This document shows, in pieces, positions 13,831 through 26,014 of a stretch of DNA of 64,000 nucleotides. A program made the translations under genes and the position numbers. Under the pieces are notes generated by a model. That model ran no database searches. It worked only from the letters and a program-made list of their open reading frames with translations, and was not told the DNA's origin. The DNA is from Octopus sinensis. Taxonomy: Eukaryota. Location of the stretch: NCBI RefSeq assembly GCF_006345805.1, contig NC_043004.1, positions 57,474,001 through 57,538,000 of the forward strand, given 5' to 3'. Position 1 is the first letter of the stretch, and every line of letters begins with the position of its first letter.

Positions 13831-14039
13831 ATATTATTATTATTCCGGTCACTGGCTGGAATCGAAATCTTGAGATTAGTAGCCCGCACTTTTAACCACT
13901 AAGCCATATTACTATATGCACTAAGCCATATGCCCGTGGGCAATTATGGAGTGAATTTTAGGGTTTATAAATCTAATATTTTCCTATCTTTCCTTAATAC
14001 CGGTTCAACAAATGTTTGACAAACAACAATGTTTTGTTT

Positions 14040-14110
14040 ATATTATTTACATTATTTACATCCTCATATTGTTTGTTGTTAACACAACGTTTCGGCTGAT
14101 ATACCCTCCA
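14040..14110 (-). mobile_element. Truncated copy of the same repeat (3' half of the hammerhead only)
   Basis: Minus strand: ggagggtatatcagccGAAACGUUgtgttaacaacaaacaa. The ACGU palindrome is intact but the CUGAUGA half is absent. Confidence 0.65.
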
Positions 14111-14190
14111 AGAGAAACAAAAATACGAACACGCATTCAAATACACCCACCATATAAATGTATGCTTGTATGTACGTATCTCTCTATGTT

Positions 14191-14240
<50 letters not shown>

Positions 14241-14254
14241 TCTATCGATCTAAC

Positions 14255-14552
14255 TACGATAGGCTTCCTTTAGTTTCTGTCTGCCAAATCCACATACAAG
14301 GCTTTGGTCCAGGGCTGTGAACGGAATCATATATTTGGGAAGAAAACTGGGATCTTTTCCTTTTGATGGACGGAATTTTCTAGTTAACTAAACAATTTGA
14401 AACTTCGTATACTGGTAGAATGTGTCAAAAGAAAACATTATTGTAAACAAAATTGAAAACCAAACTGTAATTTGTAAGTTTAACGTAGTTTAATTCTTCG
14501 AATTTTAACCAATGAAACGCCAGCATTTGCGCTTACCACACAGCCACATTCA
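14255..14552 (-). mobile_element. 5' half of SINE family A interrupted by an unrelated ~200-bp repeat (~14319-14517)
   Basis: Family A sequence is present on both sides (ggcttcctttagtttctgtctgccaaatcc... and ...cttaccacacagccac) of unrelated AT-rich sequence. Confidence 0.55.
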
Positions 14553-14934
14553 TAATTAATAAAACAATTGAAAAAGCGGTAATTTACAAAGAGAAAAATA
14601 AGCTCGAAATTATCACTATTGGTATTAGAAATCAGATATTAGATAGACATATTACTATTAAGTATAAATACGATTTTATTTTGATTAAGCAAGGTGTTGC
14701 TAATGTATAGGCGAGACTTATCTGAAATTCATGTAATTTTGATGCATATTATTGGTGTAAATGAATATTCTACCGGAAATCAACCTATATATAAATAAAA
14801 AGTAAGCTAAAAATCCAATAGAGTATGAAGATAATATAATAACATCTGGAATAATCAGTAACAAGTTTAATACGTAATAAAGAATAGATTGGCCTTAAAG
14901 TTTTCTGATTTAGATACAGGGTTAGTAATATTTA

Positions 14935-15125
14935 AGGGAGAGCTTAGTCAATACCATTGACCTCCAGTACATACACTTGAACTTAAATGTATCGACTTGC
15001 GAGGGATGAAATGCAAAGCTGACCCCGCTAGGATTTGAGATCAGAATGTTCAGAGATGGAACGAATACTGCAATGCATTTTTCTGACGTTCTCACGATTC
15101 TGCCACTTCTCTACCTTAATAGAAG
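14935..15125 (-). mobile_element. SINE family E, degenerate
   Basis: The minus strand carries a gtcagctttgcatttcatccctcgcaagtcgat-type central domain that recurs in ~10 copies in this window. Confidence 0.6.
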
Positions 15126-16199
15126 ATATCATTGGAAATAACAGCAACTTTTTTTCTCACTCTATCGTTTATCCTCCTTGCTTCACCATCGGTTTCTTTA
15201 TCAACATAACCAACACGACTATTACCATAGAAAAAAAATGAATTGTTGTATAACAATCGATAACAAATAAAATTTTTTAGAATAAACTACAATCGCACGT
15301 CATAAAAGCCTAAAATAGAACTACAACAATAATAACAACTACTAGTAAAACCAACACGAACCGCTACTGTTGCGGATCATATGAAAACCAACTGCTGTTT
15401 GCAAGAAAGGAAACACAAGATAAAAAGTGAAGATGGTGGAATCAACAACGCAATCATTTTGTTAGCAAGAAAAGAAAGCAAGAAAAGGAAAACAAAGAAT
15501 ACAAAAAAAATGAAACAACGACAAAATAAAACGTTAAGATGTATGTGCTCTGTCTTTTTTCTTCTTTCCTATCATCCTATTTTCCTTTCTCATGCCATGT
15601 TTTCCCTATCTTACTCCCATCTTTTCATGGTGGAGGATAATAGCAAAATGAACAATAGTAATAACAGTAATAATATATTAATAAATGCAACAACCAAAAG
15701 AAACACAAGACCAGAAAGCAGTCAGAAAGAGAAGGAAATTTCACCCAAAAACAACAACTAACTACAAGTAAATATGGAAGAAAATTGAAGATAAGAAAGG
15801 AGAGAGAAAAAAAAAATTACGAAATTACAAAATTTTGAAGTAAGAATGTAAGAAAGGAAAACAAAATGACCATCAAGTTATTGCAGTTTGCTGAAATTAA
15901 ATATATTTCTGTAATATTTTGTAATTACATTAGACAAAGCGAATCCAGCCAGTAATTTTCTCAATTAAATAGCAAAGTGTAGCGTCTGAAAATATAATTT
16001 ATTTCTTTTTATTATTTCTGTATAAGTTTCATCTCACCCCCCACTTCTCTCTACTTTTAGATAAGGAGAATGTTTATTTCATCGAGTTTGCCAGATTTCT
16101 AGGATAGGAATTATTATATTATTGGTGAGAATAACAATAAGAATAGCTATAAAAATAACAATAATAAATAGCTGTGGTTGTGGTAGTAATAATACAAAG

Positions 16200-17320
16200 T
16201 GTTTCTTAGGCACATGGTAATTTTGAAGACTTGGAATAGTTGATTTCTCCAACTCTCAGTAGGTGACTGGTACGCTATTTTATTGAACCTCAAAGTATGA
16301 ATGGCAAAGTTGACCTCAGCGGATTTGAACACAATAATAAATGACGCAAAGTAGTTTTTCGGACGCTCTTACGATTCTGTTAAACCACCATCCTGAGTAA
16401 TAATATTTGTTTCTGATGTAAGTAAAAGGCCAGTACTTTTGTGGAAAGCAAAAGTAGTAGGCACAACCGACATAGTACTTGGGTGATAACTTATATCATC
16501 AGCCCCTGGATGGGTGAAAAGCAAAGTTAATAACGGCAAGACTTGAAATCAGAAATTAGGAACAAATACAAAGTAAATATTCCTCCCCCACCCCGATACT
16601 CTGAAAATTCTGCAAGATTGCTGTCGTAAGAATAGCAGCAATAAAATAATAACGAGAATACTATAGATGAACCCGACCGGTCTCAAAAATTAAGTAAAAA
16701 TAACAGCGAAAATAATTCAGAATCTTTGACCGGTACCGGATCGAGACCAAAATATAATCAGTTCGTGCCAGTCACGAGGCCAAACATCCTTGAATGTTTC
16801 ATCCGAATCCATCCAGCGGTTTTTTTTAGATATCTTGTCCACGGACAAACAAACACGACTGAAAACAATACTTCCGACTTCGCTAAAGCGGAGGTAATAT
16901 TCCCTTCTAGCTTTGACACAAGGCCAACAGTTTTAGGTAGAGTAGGATTAGGTGATGTCATTGATCCTGGTTCTTGTTACCGAAAGGAATTATGGCGAAC
17001 TCGACCTAGGTGAAATTTGAACTTACAGAGAAAACGTAGACTAAAGGCAGCTAAGCTTTTCGTCCAGCGTGCTAACGATTTTGCCATCTCACTGCATTAA
17101 TAATAATCCTCTCTTTTACAGGCACAGCGCCTGAAATTTTGTGGAAGATGGCTAGTTGATAACATCAATTCGACAGGTATTTATTTCATCAATCCTGAAA
17201 GGCACATTCGACCTCAGCGAAATTTGAACTCAGAACATAAAGACGGACTAAATACCACTAAGCATTGCATTTTATCCGTCATACTAATGCTTCTGGCCAC
17301 TCTCCGCATTGAATAATATT
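16200..17320 (-). mobile_element. Cluster of four same-orientation degenerate SINE family E copies (~16200-16395, 16420-16630, 16905-17105, 17110-17320)
   Basis: Each copy has a variant of plus-strand aaagttgacctcagcggatttgaac / tcgacctcagcgaaatttgaactcagaac followed by ctaacgattctgcc-like head sequence. Confidence 0.6.
16670..16898 (+). mobile_element. Helentron-associated (HINE/DINE-1-like) non-autonomous element, 3' part
   Basis: Has an acggacaaacaaac short repeat, then aaaacaatacttccg-acttcgctaaag-cggaggtaat: a terminal hairpin followed by GGAGGTAA-T, typical of these elements. Confidence 0.5.
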
Positions 17321-17621
17321 TTCTATTGGGAAACAACAAAAACAACAGTAGAAATAATAATTCCATTAGAATTGTAACTGGGAGAAATTATGATTTTATT
17401 CTTTCTATATTCAAACTTTGGATCTGCTTGATTGGAAGACATCCAAGAAAAAAACAATGCTTATGTCATCGTAACCTTGTTTGAATATATCAACAGACTA
17501 AGGAATATGCAAATGCAGTTGGCTTTATAGCTTCGTATTATCCGAAATCGGATTCTCTAAATAGGCAATGTATACGACCATATCACATCATATCATATCA
17601 TATCAAATCATAAATATATAT

Positions 17622-17824
17622 AGTTAATCCAAACAAGAAAACACAAAAAAACACAGCAACGCGAGGACGTGGAACAAATAAAGTATTATTGGACGCTCAG
17701 GAAAGAAGGGAAGAAGGAGGGTTTAACGTTTCGAGCGGAGCTCTTCGTCGGAAACAAAGGAGAAGGAAAGATCCCGAGAAGGGAAGACAGAGGAAAAAAA
17801 ATTGCTGGCGGTGCTCACGAGGTC
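17622..17824 (-). mobile_element. ~200-bp ORF-less hammerhead-bearing element inserted in a (TA)n tract
   Basis: Flanked by TA repeats on both sides and homologous to 58545-58764 (gcaatttttt...HHR...ttcctgagcg..aatac). Confidence 0.7.
17721..17755 (-). ncRNA. Minimal type-I hammerhead with a U4C core variant
   Basis: Minus strand: GUUU-CCGACGA-A-GAGC-UCC-GCUC-GAAA-CGU-U-AAAC. All three stems pair and stem III is the ACGU palindrome. Confidence 0.7.
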
Positions 17825-18504
17825 ATATATATAATATATATATATATATATGAGCGTGTGTGTTTGTGTATTTCAAAGATATATAAATATATAATATATA
17901 TGTCTATATGTATGTACATGTGTATGTGTGTGTTTGTGTGTGTGTGTGTGTGCGTGTGGTGTTTGTGTGTACGCGCGTTTATGGCTGCTCATCTCTGCTG
18001 ACTCATCAAGAAGCGATAAATTCCAGGACTCAGCACGTAAATATAGAGAACATCTCAACATATTTTGAGGAAAGGACATATGTTGTTAGTACTCCGAATT
18101 TCAAAATTTGTCACTCTTTCAACTGATCTTCTGATGGTTTTGGCTTCTAGAAAACGAAGAAACGAACAGCTTAAAATATCCGATGTACAGTTGTAGGACG
18201 TGCCATATCTGTTAACGGACACTTGGAACATTTATAGTAGCGAACACTCCTGTCAATTTCTTGCATTCAAGAATGAACTGATCTCAAAATTGTCACTACA
18301 AGAATAAAATTACCTTTGGAAATTTTGCTCTGGCTACAATGTAATAATACAAAAGAAAGAAACCCAAAATCCAGATACAGAAATGGATTGAAATTCTGGT
18401 GATTTTCAAATGTCTTAAAATTCCTTGATATTTTTGTTTATAGCTGAAAGTTTTATATACATGCTAACATTTTAATATATACAATATATATAGTTACATA
18501 AAGG

Positions 18505-18680
18505 AAGCGAGATGGCAGAATCATTAGCATTCTGGGAAAAATGCTTGGGCATTTTGACCTTCTTTAGGTTCTGAGGTCAAATTCCACCGAGGTCGACTTT
18601 GCTTTTCATTCTTTCGGAACACTGGGTCAATGTAAACGACTCTCCCACTACCGTATAATTACTTTGAGTCAAAATTTGAA
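18505..18680 (+). mobile_element. SINE family E
   Basis: gcgagatggcagaatcattagca...ttctgaggtcaaattccaccgaggtcgacttttgcttttcattctttcgg. Confidence 0.7.
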
Positions 18681-18747
18681 ACCAGCATGCATGCATGCAT
18701 ACATACGTACATGCATGCATACATACATACATACATACATACATACA

Positions 18748-18781
<34 letters not shown>

Positions 18782-18879
18782 CATACACAGGTACTACACA
18801 TCTTTCACGCACTTTGATAAACCTTTGTAATCCCATAACTTTAACTATCCACACCCAAAATAAACTTTGAACTAAAACA

Positions 18880-20300
18880 AAGTAAGCCTAGCAAACTACT
18901 GCTTAAAAATACTACCATTCTCTTATTCTTTCTCACACACACTTTTTCCAATTTCTTCCAATTTCTTCAAATTCCCTACTTCCCACTTCCCTCTTAGCCT
19001 TCCCACCGCCCCACTTTCAAAACGTATTTAACACTACCCGACTCCTTAGAAAGCTAACCAATCTACCTCTACACCTCCCTATTCATATCCCTCTATTCAA
19101 TTTCATGTTTCTCTCCGAACCATAACACCCGCTCCCATATCAATCTAATTCTTTTGTCCTACTAATAACTACTATTTTGACCATTCACTCACCCCCACTC
19201 TTCCCCTCCATATCCTCTCATCCCTCTCTACATACCTTACTAATCTTTCTCAGCCACTGAACCAGTCAACTTATTTCCATCAAATAATGGCCATTCTCAT
19301 TTTGATTACCTCAACTCTATAGCCTTCATACAAACTAACACAAAGGTCACCATTCATATACTACCTAAAGTAGTGGAGGCGTAATGGCCCAGTGATTAGG
19401 GCAGCGGACTCGCGGTCGTAGGATCGCGGTTTCGATTCCCAGACCGGGCGTTGTGAGTGTTTATTGAGCGAAAACACCTAAAGCTCCACGAGGCTCCGGC
19501 AGGGATGGTGGTGACCCCTGCTGTACTCTTTCACCACAACTTTCCCTCACTCTTACTTCCTGTTTCTGTTGTACCTGTATTTCAAAGAGCCGGCCTTGTC
19601 ACTCTCTGTGTCACGCTGAATATCCCCGAGAACTACGTTAAGGGTGCACGTGTCTGTGGAGTGCTCAGCCAATTACACGTTAATTTCACGAGCAGGCTGT
19701 TCCGTTGATTCGGATCAACCGGAACCCTCGTCGTCGTAACCGACGGAGTTCTTCCACTACCTAAACTACCCTTGCCTCTTCCTCCCACCATCCATTTATA
19801 ACTCTGAAATAACCTCTAACCCTGACATCTATTTCCTCCTCTCACTACTCTCTATCTAAATACATCCCAGCTCCTCCTGATAATACACTTAGTTCTTCAC
19901 AAAATCATTCCATCTTTAATATCTTCTCCGTCAACACCTCAAATGTAAACTTCTTTTCTGAAGACAGAGGCTGGCATTATCTGATGATGGAATAAATTTA
20001 CAACCATTATTTTGAACCACCAAGCCCCCAGAAACAGCTGCCGGACTCGATGAATTTATTCAACCCCTATAATTCCTGATATAATTTATATTCTGTAAAC
20101 ATATGATTTATAGGTAAACATATGTACATTTTTTGTATTAAATGTATTTAATATTGTTTGTGTATCGACTTGCCTGACTTGCTTATCCTTACATTTATTC
20201 CTCTATCAGCTCAAGTTTAAATCTCTTGAGCACTACGAAGTATATTCTATACGGAGAATATCTATCTTTTATCTATAAACCATATTCCTTTTGCTCGGCC
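18880..20300 (+). pseudogene. Heavily decayed CT-rich coding relic, possibly a PLE ORF, interrupted by a SINE
   Basis: Frameshifted QNHSIFNIFSV...E*IY...TTKPP..AGLDE resembles the HF-x-NHS...E-x-I...T-x-P-x-GLN end of PLE endonucleases. Weak evidence. Confidence 0.3.
19373..19755 (+). mobile_element. SINE family B head with tail type i, full length
   Basis: A box and B box in the head. 10-bp TSD actacctaaa at 19360-19369 and 19756-19765. Nearly identical to 25635 and 53275. Confidence 0.92.
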
Positions 20301-21672
20301 GAGCGCTACTTATAGATAACACTCATGGATAAGCAATTCTTAGGCATGTCTACAAAAAAGCTTTTCTCTTAAGTAACAGTAATATTCCTAGTCCATACAG
20401 GACTAGGAGAAAGTCTGACACCGACACATGCGTCACATTAACCCAGTGGTGTATGGTTATGTCTTGGTTTCACATGAACAAGTATTCTTGCTCAGTGTTA
20501 GCAGCGCTTTGCGCCTGCAAGTTAAATTCAAAAGAAAGGGAAACAATCAGAGTAAACCGGAAATAAATCGGCTGAAGGCAATATGAATCATCAGATTTTA
20601 GCATTGAGGTACATGATCTCTGACATATATGAGTACGTAAAATTATACGCGTAAAGAAAAAGAGACACAGGTCATTACTTCAAGCTAATAAAAATCTGTT
20701 CAACAGCTTTTATTTATTCATTTTGCTTATAGCTTTGGATATAACTGAGGCATGTTTTGATTTTCTTTGCATTGAAAATCAATGAGAATATCAGAAAATA
20801 TAACACTCGCCATTAAATGGTAGTATTAGTTTCAGGCATAAGAATATGCTAGAAAAACTGAAGTTAATTGTTTGCTGAACTGCATTATCGATTTCATAGT
20901 ATCGATCATTCTAGAAATATGTGTAAACATATTGAGAGTGACACTGAGTGGTAGTTTAAAGAGTTGAACTGGTTTCAGCTGGTTAAATTCGGTTTGAAAC
21001 AACCGGTTTCACCAAATATAAGAATACTTCATATCCATGTAAATGTTTGTTTAGGATTTTGTTATGGACTGAAGTAAAATCTCTTCAAGGTTACTCTCGA
21101 TAAACAGAATCAAAATACCGCAAACATATCTTATGTAAAAATTATGTACCATGTCATGAGATGTCTCAATGGCATTTAGTCAGCTCACACCTGACTAAAT
21201 ATGTATAGTATTTCCTTATTAACTTGCTACTAGCTGCTCGGCTCATCTGAACTCCAGGAAACGAAGTAAGAAAAATGTCAAACTTCTTTAATTTCCATTA
21301 AAGAGTAAAATATGCAAAATCAATGCAATCACAGATAGAACAACGAACCACTAACGAATATGTCGGGTGTTGTTGGTGTTATTGTTGTTTTCAAGCCAGC
21401 TTTCATTGAGCAGACTTATGATCAAAAGCATTCAAGCTGATACTGTCCCGTTTTCACTCCTTCCCATTTGTAATGCTACTGAGTGAGAATTCAAATGCCT
21501 TTAGCTGTCATTCATAGTAAATCGAGCGAATATTATTTATTTCATTGGTGGGGACTAACCACGTGAAAACGTAAAGGGTAAATATAAGGACAATCTAATA
21601 ACTGAATTCACAAAGGAATATCTGTCATTTATAATTTCCCGTAAATTTCAAACACACTCACGCACATACACT

Positions 21673-22004
21673 TGTGAAGGCGCATGGCTCAGTGGTTAGA
21701 GCGTCGAGCTTACGATCGTGTGGTTTTGAGCTCGAATCCCGGACCGGGTTGCGTGTTGTGTTTTTGAGCAAGACACTTTATTTCACGTTGCTCCAGTTCA
21801 CTCAGCTGTAGAAATGAGTTGCGATGTGCCAAGCTGTATCGGCCTTTGCCTTTCCCTTGGATAACACTGGTGGCATGGAGTGGGGAGGCCGGTATAAATG
21901 GGTTACTGCTGGTCTTCCATAAACAACCTTGCCCGGACTTGTGCCTGGGAGGGTAACTTTCTAGGTGTAATCCCATGGTCTGTGTCGTGACCGAAGGGGG
22001 TCTC
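21673..22004 (+). mobile_element. SINE family D (tRNA head, CORE-like gagcaagacactttatttcacgttgctcc segment), full length
   Basis: tggctcagtgg A box and gctcgaatcc B box. Partial copies at 23128-23257 (-) and 57085-57380 (-). Confidence 0.8.
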
Positions 22005-22189
22005 AGAAAATGTACATGCAGATATGCACATACATATACATACATATATATTCCTATGTGTATGTATATGTTACATATGTGTTTATATGTATATATGTGC
22101 TTCTGTTTGTCTCTATGTATGTATATGAGGAAACGCAACTTAACAGTAATAGCAAAATTGATTCAACAGCTATGTGTAATAGGCGGAGA

Positions 22190-22410
22190 AATTATAGCTT
22201 TTCTTTACCAACAGAAGGTGAGCTGTCAGAACCGTTAGCTCACCGGTGAAGATACTTAGTGACACTTACTCCGTTGATCCCATCGTGGTAGACTTTGCCT
22301 CTCACTCTCTCGGGAATGATGAGATAAAGTACCAGCCAAGCATTGGAGTCGATATAACCAACTTTCTTCCACCCACTCAAAATTGCTGGCCTTGTGCTAA
22401 AATTAAAAGA
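22190..22410 (+). mobile_element. SINE family E, degenerate
   Basis: ggtgagctgtcagaaccgttagc...gtagactttgcctctcactctctcggg...aaattgctggccttgtgc. Confidence 0.6.
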
Positions 22411-22840
22411 AATAGTTTGCTTTCAGTCATCTTTCCTTCCAAAAAATTCTACTGAAGTGATTCTTGGAAACGTTTATCATGTGAAAGTTAATCCTTCTTT
22501 AAAATCCTTAGCTGGTTCAAATTTCTTTAATCGTAATCCTGTTAATTATTTTGAATTCTACATTCCTACTTCAGATGAATATACTCCTCGATATATTTTC
22601 TCTATCTTAAATTATCAATTTTTCCTATATCCTAAGTTATAAGATAATTAACTCTTTCCTTGATAAATATTTTCTTCCTTCAAGTTAAGGCTTTTCCCGC
22701 CTATTGATTTGACCTCACTCTACTAAATTCCAAATAACTCCGAATAACGTAAATACTTCTGCTACTGACTTTTATAAGACGTAGGCGTTGTTCGAAATTA
22801 TTTAATGTTACGATTTAATGCTATTTCCCATTTAATTATT
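22400..22840 (+). pseudogene. Unidentified coding relic with strong T-ending codon bias
   Basis: In ORF 22394-22642, 40 of the 68 codons from LPKNST to YPKL end in T (hand count). The bias continues in a shifted, stop-containing frame to ~22800. Product not recognised. Confidence 0.4.
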
Positions 22841-23127
22841 TCGTTATTAAAATTTGTTTACAATAATTTTTACCTAAAATTAGATTTGCAACTTGCTTAA
22901 ATTACTACAAGCACACTGTGTGAAGACATCTCCAACACAAAAGGCATACTATACGTGATGCTATACGCACATATATAACACACATCATAGATTTATGGAT
23001 GCACATATAAACACTCCACACCAGATAATTTCACACGCACATACATATATGCAAACACAAACTATTTATAATATTATGCACAATATACAAACCGTGTACA
23101 TTCCAGGATAAATTATATATATATATT

Positions 23128-23257
23128 ACCAGCTGTGGATTGGAGCAACGTAAAATTAAGAGTTTTGCTCAAGAACACAACGAATCGCTCTGTCTAGGAA
23201 TAGAAATCAAGATCTTACGATCATGAGTTCAATACCTTAACCACTAAGCCACGCGCC
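23128..23257 (-). mobile_element. SINE family D, 5' part
   Basis: Reverse complement of the 21673 head (ggagcaacg..aag...ttgctcaagaacacaac...ttaaccactaagccacgcgcc). Confidence 0.7.
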
Positions 23258-23404
23258 AATTTTTACATACGTACATGCATACTTACATACACATATATGT
23301 ACATACATATATACACATACATACATATACATACATACATACACACATATACATACACACATACATATACATACATATATATACATACATACATATACAT
23401 ACAT

Positions 23405-23449
<45 letters not shown>

Positions 23450-23599
23450 TAGTTGAATGAATTATCTTAGTATGGATAATTCGGTTAACCGATACATGGG
23501 TAGCAAATTCACGTCAGAAAAACACGGTTGAAGCTACATGCCAAGGGCAGAGATCACGTGCTTTCGTGTGGAAATTGTGTGTTTTTTTAATACAAATAA

Positions 23600-23644
<45 letters not shown>

Positions 23645-24079
23645 TTAGTAGAGTTAGAGGTTAGAATAACCGTCTAAGAGAGAAGAGTATCTATTACACT
23701 ACTGGTATAATTTCCTATGTTAACTCTGGACATATATATGCAAGCATATTATGCGCATAGATTACAGGTAATGACAAAGATAAACATGAGTTTATCATGA
23801 ATCAAAGTTAAAGTAAAGAGATCCTATGGCACTAGTTATCCTGCTTTTGGTTGCCTCTAGTTGATGTCAGTAGGTTGAAGAGGATCTGTGAGGTGCTGTG
23901 CGAACATATTTTTGAGCCTAAAAAATTTGGTTAAGCGATCGCTGGCAAGGCGACTATCAGACGCCGGATGACCATCATAACTAGAATGAAGCCGACCCCC
24001 ATGCTCGGGAATTGCTAGCATTTTGTATGGCCAATATTCAGAGATGGCCTTCCTCTGTCACGAATGAACAACCATTATA

Positions 24080-24322
24080 TATGTGGCTGTGCGGTAAGAA
24101 GCTTGCTTCCGGGTTACGTCACATTACGTGGCAACTTGGGCAAATGTCTTCTACTATAGCCTCGGGCCAACCAGAGTCTTGTGAGTGAACTTGCTAGATG
24201 GAACCCGAAAGAATTCCATCGTGTATATAAAGTCCTGGTTTCGATTCATTCGACTAACAACTCTTCAAAGCTGTGCTCCAGTATGACCGTAGTCAATTGG
24301 CTGAACAAGTAAAAGAATAAAG
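24080..24322 (+). mobile_element. SINE family A, internally deleted
   Basis: gtggctgtgcggtaagaagcttgc...ggcaacttgggcaaatgtcttctactatagcc, joined to a degenerate tail ending ctgaacaagtaaaagaat. Confidence 0.75.
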
Positions 24323-24371
24323 GAATATCTCTCTCTCTCTATGTATATATATATATATATTATATATATAT

Positions 24372-24417
<46 letters not shown>

Positions 24418-25634
24418 ATATCAGCCATTCTTGGAGACTTAACAGGGGCGTTTACATCACTTGATGTATCTCAGATAAGTAAATAGCCCGTCATTTTATC
24501 TACATATCAAATTTAGTACTTCCAGAAAACTGGAACTTGTAGTTTGCATTCTATAAATATTTTACACGTTATTTCATATCAGAGGCTTTTTCAGAAAAGA
24601 ACCCAGTCTACTCAGTATTCAGGCATGATATATATCTAAACAGACGGAAGTGACATATAAATATTTATTTACCTATTTCTCCGTAGACAGAAAAAATGAC
24701 GATCAACCTTACTTGATTTTCGGAACTTACTGCAGTCCGATAAGAGGTGTATCATCACTTGATCAAATCCCAGAGAAAAAAGCAACCAGTCATGAAATCT
24801 AATATGTATGCTCGATAATTGTATTTATTTCTGCAATCCTTATAGGTAGTTGTAAAATCATGACCAGGTTATTGTTTGTAGCTTAAATTCAGATTTCCAG
24901 GTCAGACAATTTCCAATACATACATATTATTCACTGAATGTTAATGAAGTTATTGAGCTAGGTAAGAGAATTAAATAAGTCATAATTTTTTATGTAAATT
25001 TCATAATAGACAATTTTCTTACTTGTTCTGTGTACCTCAAACTTCTGTCAGTTGTAACTATGAAATGCACAATAAAATGATCTTGATATAAATAGCTAGG
25101 AGAAAAAAATATAATATAATAAACCTAACACATGTTTAGAATATCGCTTTTAATTTAATATTTATATTAACGTACTTTTATATTTCCCCCCATTAACTTA
25201 ACAGTTAATTAGATTGCTGAATTTTATATCCATAAATGATTCTACTAAAATAATATTTAAAATTTCAAATACATTTAACAACTATAAATGCCAGTTACAA
25301 AACAGAAACGATTCTATTACAATAGTATAACAATATCAATAATTGCAGATATAACAATTACAATAAAATTAATAATCAGAAAGACGTAACAACACTAACG
25401 GCATTAAAACATGACTACAGACAAGCAAGAGAAACAAAAGCGGCTAAAAAAATTTGAAGAAAATATAAACAAAACTATCAATGCAGCGCTCACAACAGCA
25501 CTAATAATTAACAAAACATTCTACCTCCACAACTATTGCTGCTGCTGCTGCTGCCGATGATGATGAATATTCGTTGAATCTCCATCCTTTGTTTTCGTGT
25601 ATAGAATTTTATTCAAACTTCGATAATAACATGT

Positions 25635-26014
25635 GGAAGCACTCCGTCGGTTACGACGATGAGGGTTCCGGTTGATCCGATCAACGGAACAGCCTGCTCG
25701 TGAAATTAACGTGTAAGTGGCTGAGCACTCCACAGACACGTGTACCCTTAACGTAGTTCTCGGGGATATTCAGCGTGACACATAGAGTGACAAGGCCGGC
25801 CCTTTGAAATACAGGTACAACAGAAACAGGAAGTAAGACTGAGAGAAAGTTGTGGTGAAAGAGTACAGCAGGGATCACCACCATCCCTGCCGGAGCCTCG
25901 TGAGCTTTAGGTGTTTTCGCTCAATAAACACTCACAACGCTCGGTCTGGGAATCGAAACCGCGATCCTACGACCGCGAGTCCGCTGCCCTAACCACTGGG
26001 CCATTGCGCCTCCA
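25635..26014 (-). mobile_element. SINE family B head with tail type i, full length
   Basis: 14-bp TSD cgataataacatgt at 25621-25634 and 26015-26028. Confidence 0.93.

Noticed and set aside
19373-19445. tRNA-like sequence with A and B boxes (also at 21673, 25940, 53590, 55570)
   Set aside because: No complete cloverleaf or acceptor stem, and each continues into a SINE body with TSDs, so these are SINE heads rather than tRNA genes.
19745-19756. SINE tail i ends in a small hairpin plus CCA, like a tRNA-like 3' end
   Set aside because: The 53275 copy shows the end is a (TCCA)n simple repeat, and the final A overlaps the TSD.
24640-24655. CGGAAGTG ETS-like promoter motif
   Set aside because: A single 8-mer with no CpG island or downstream gene, which is expected by chance.
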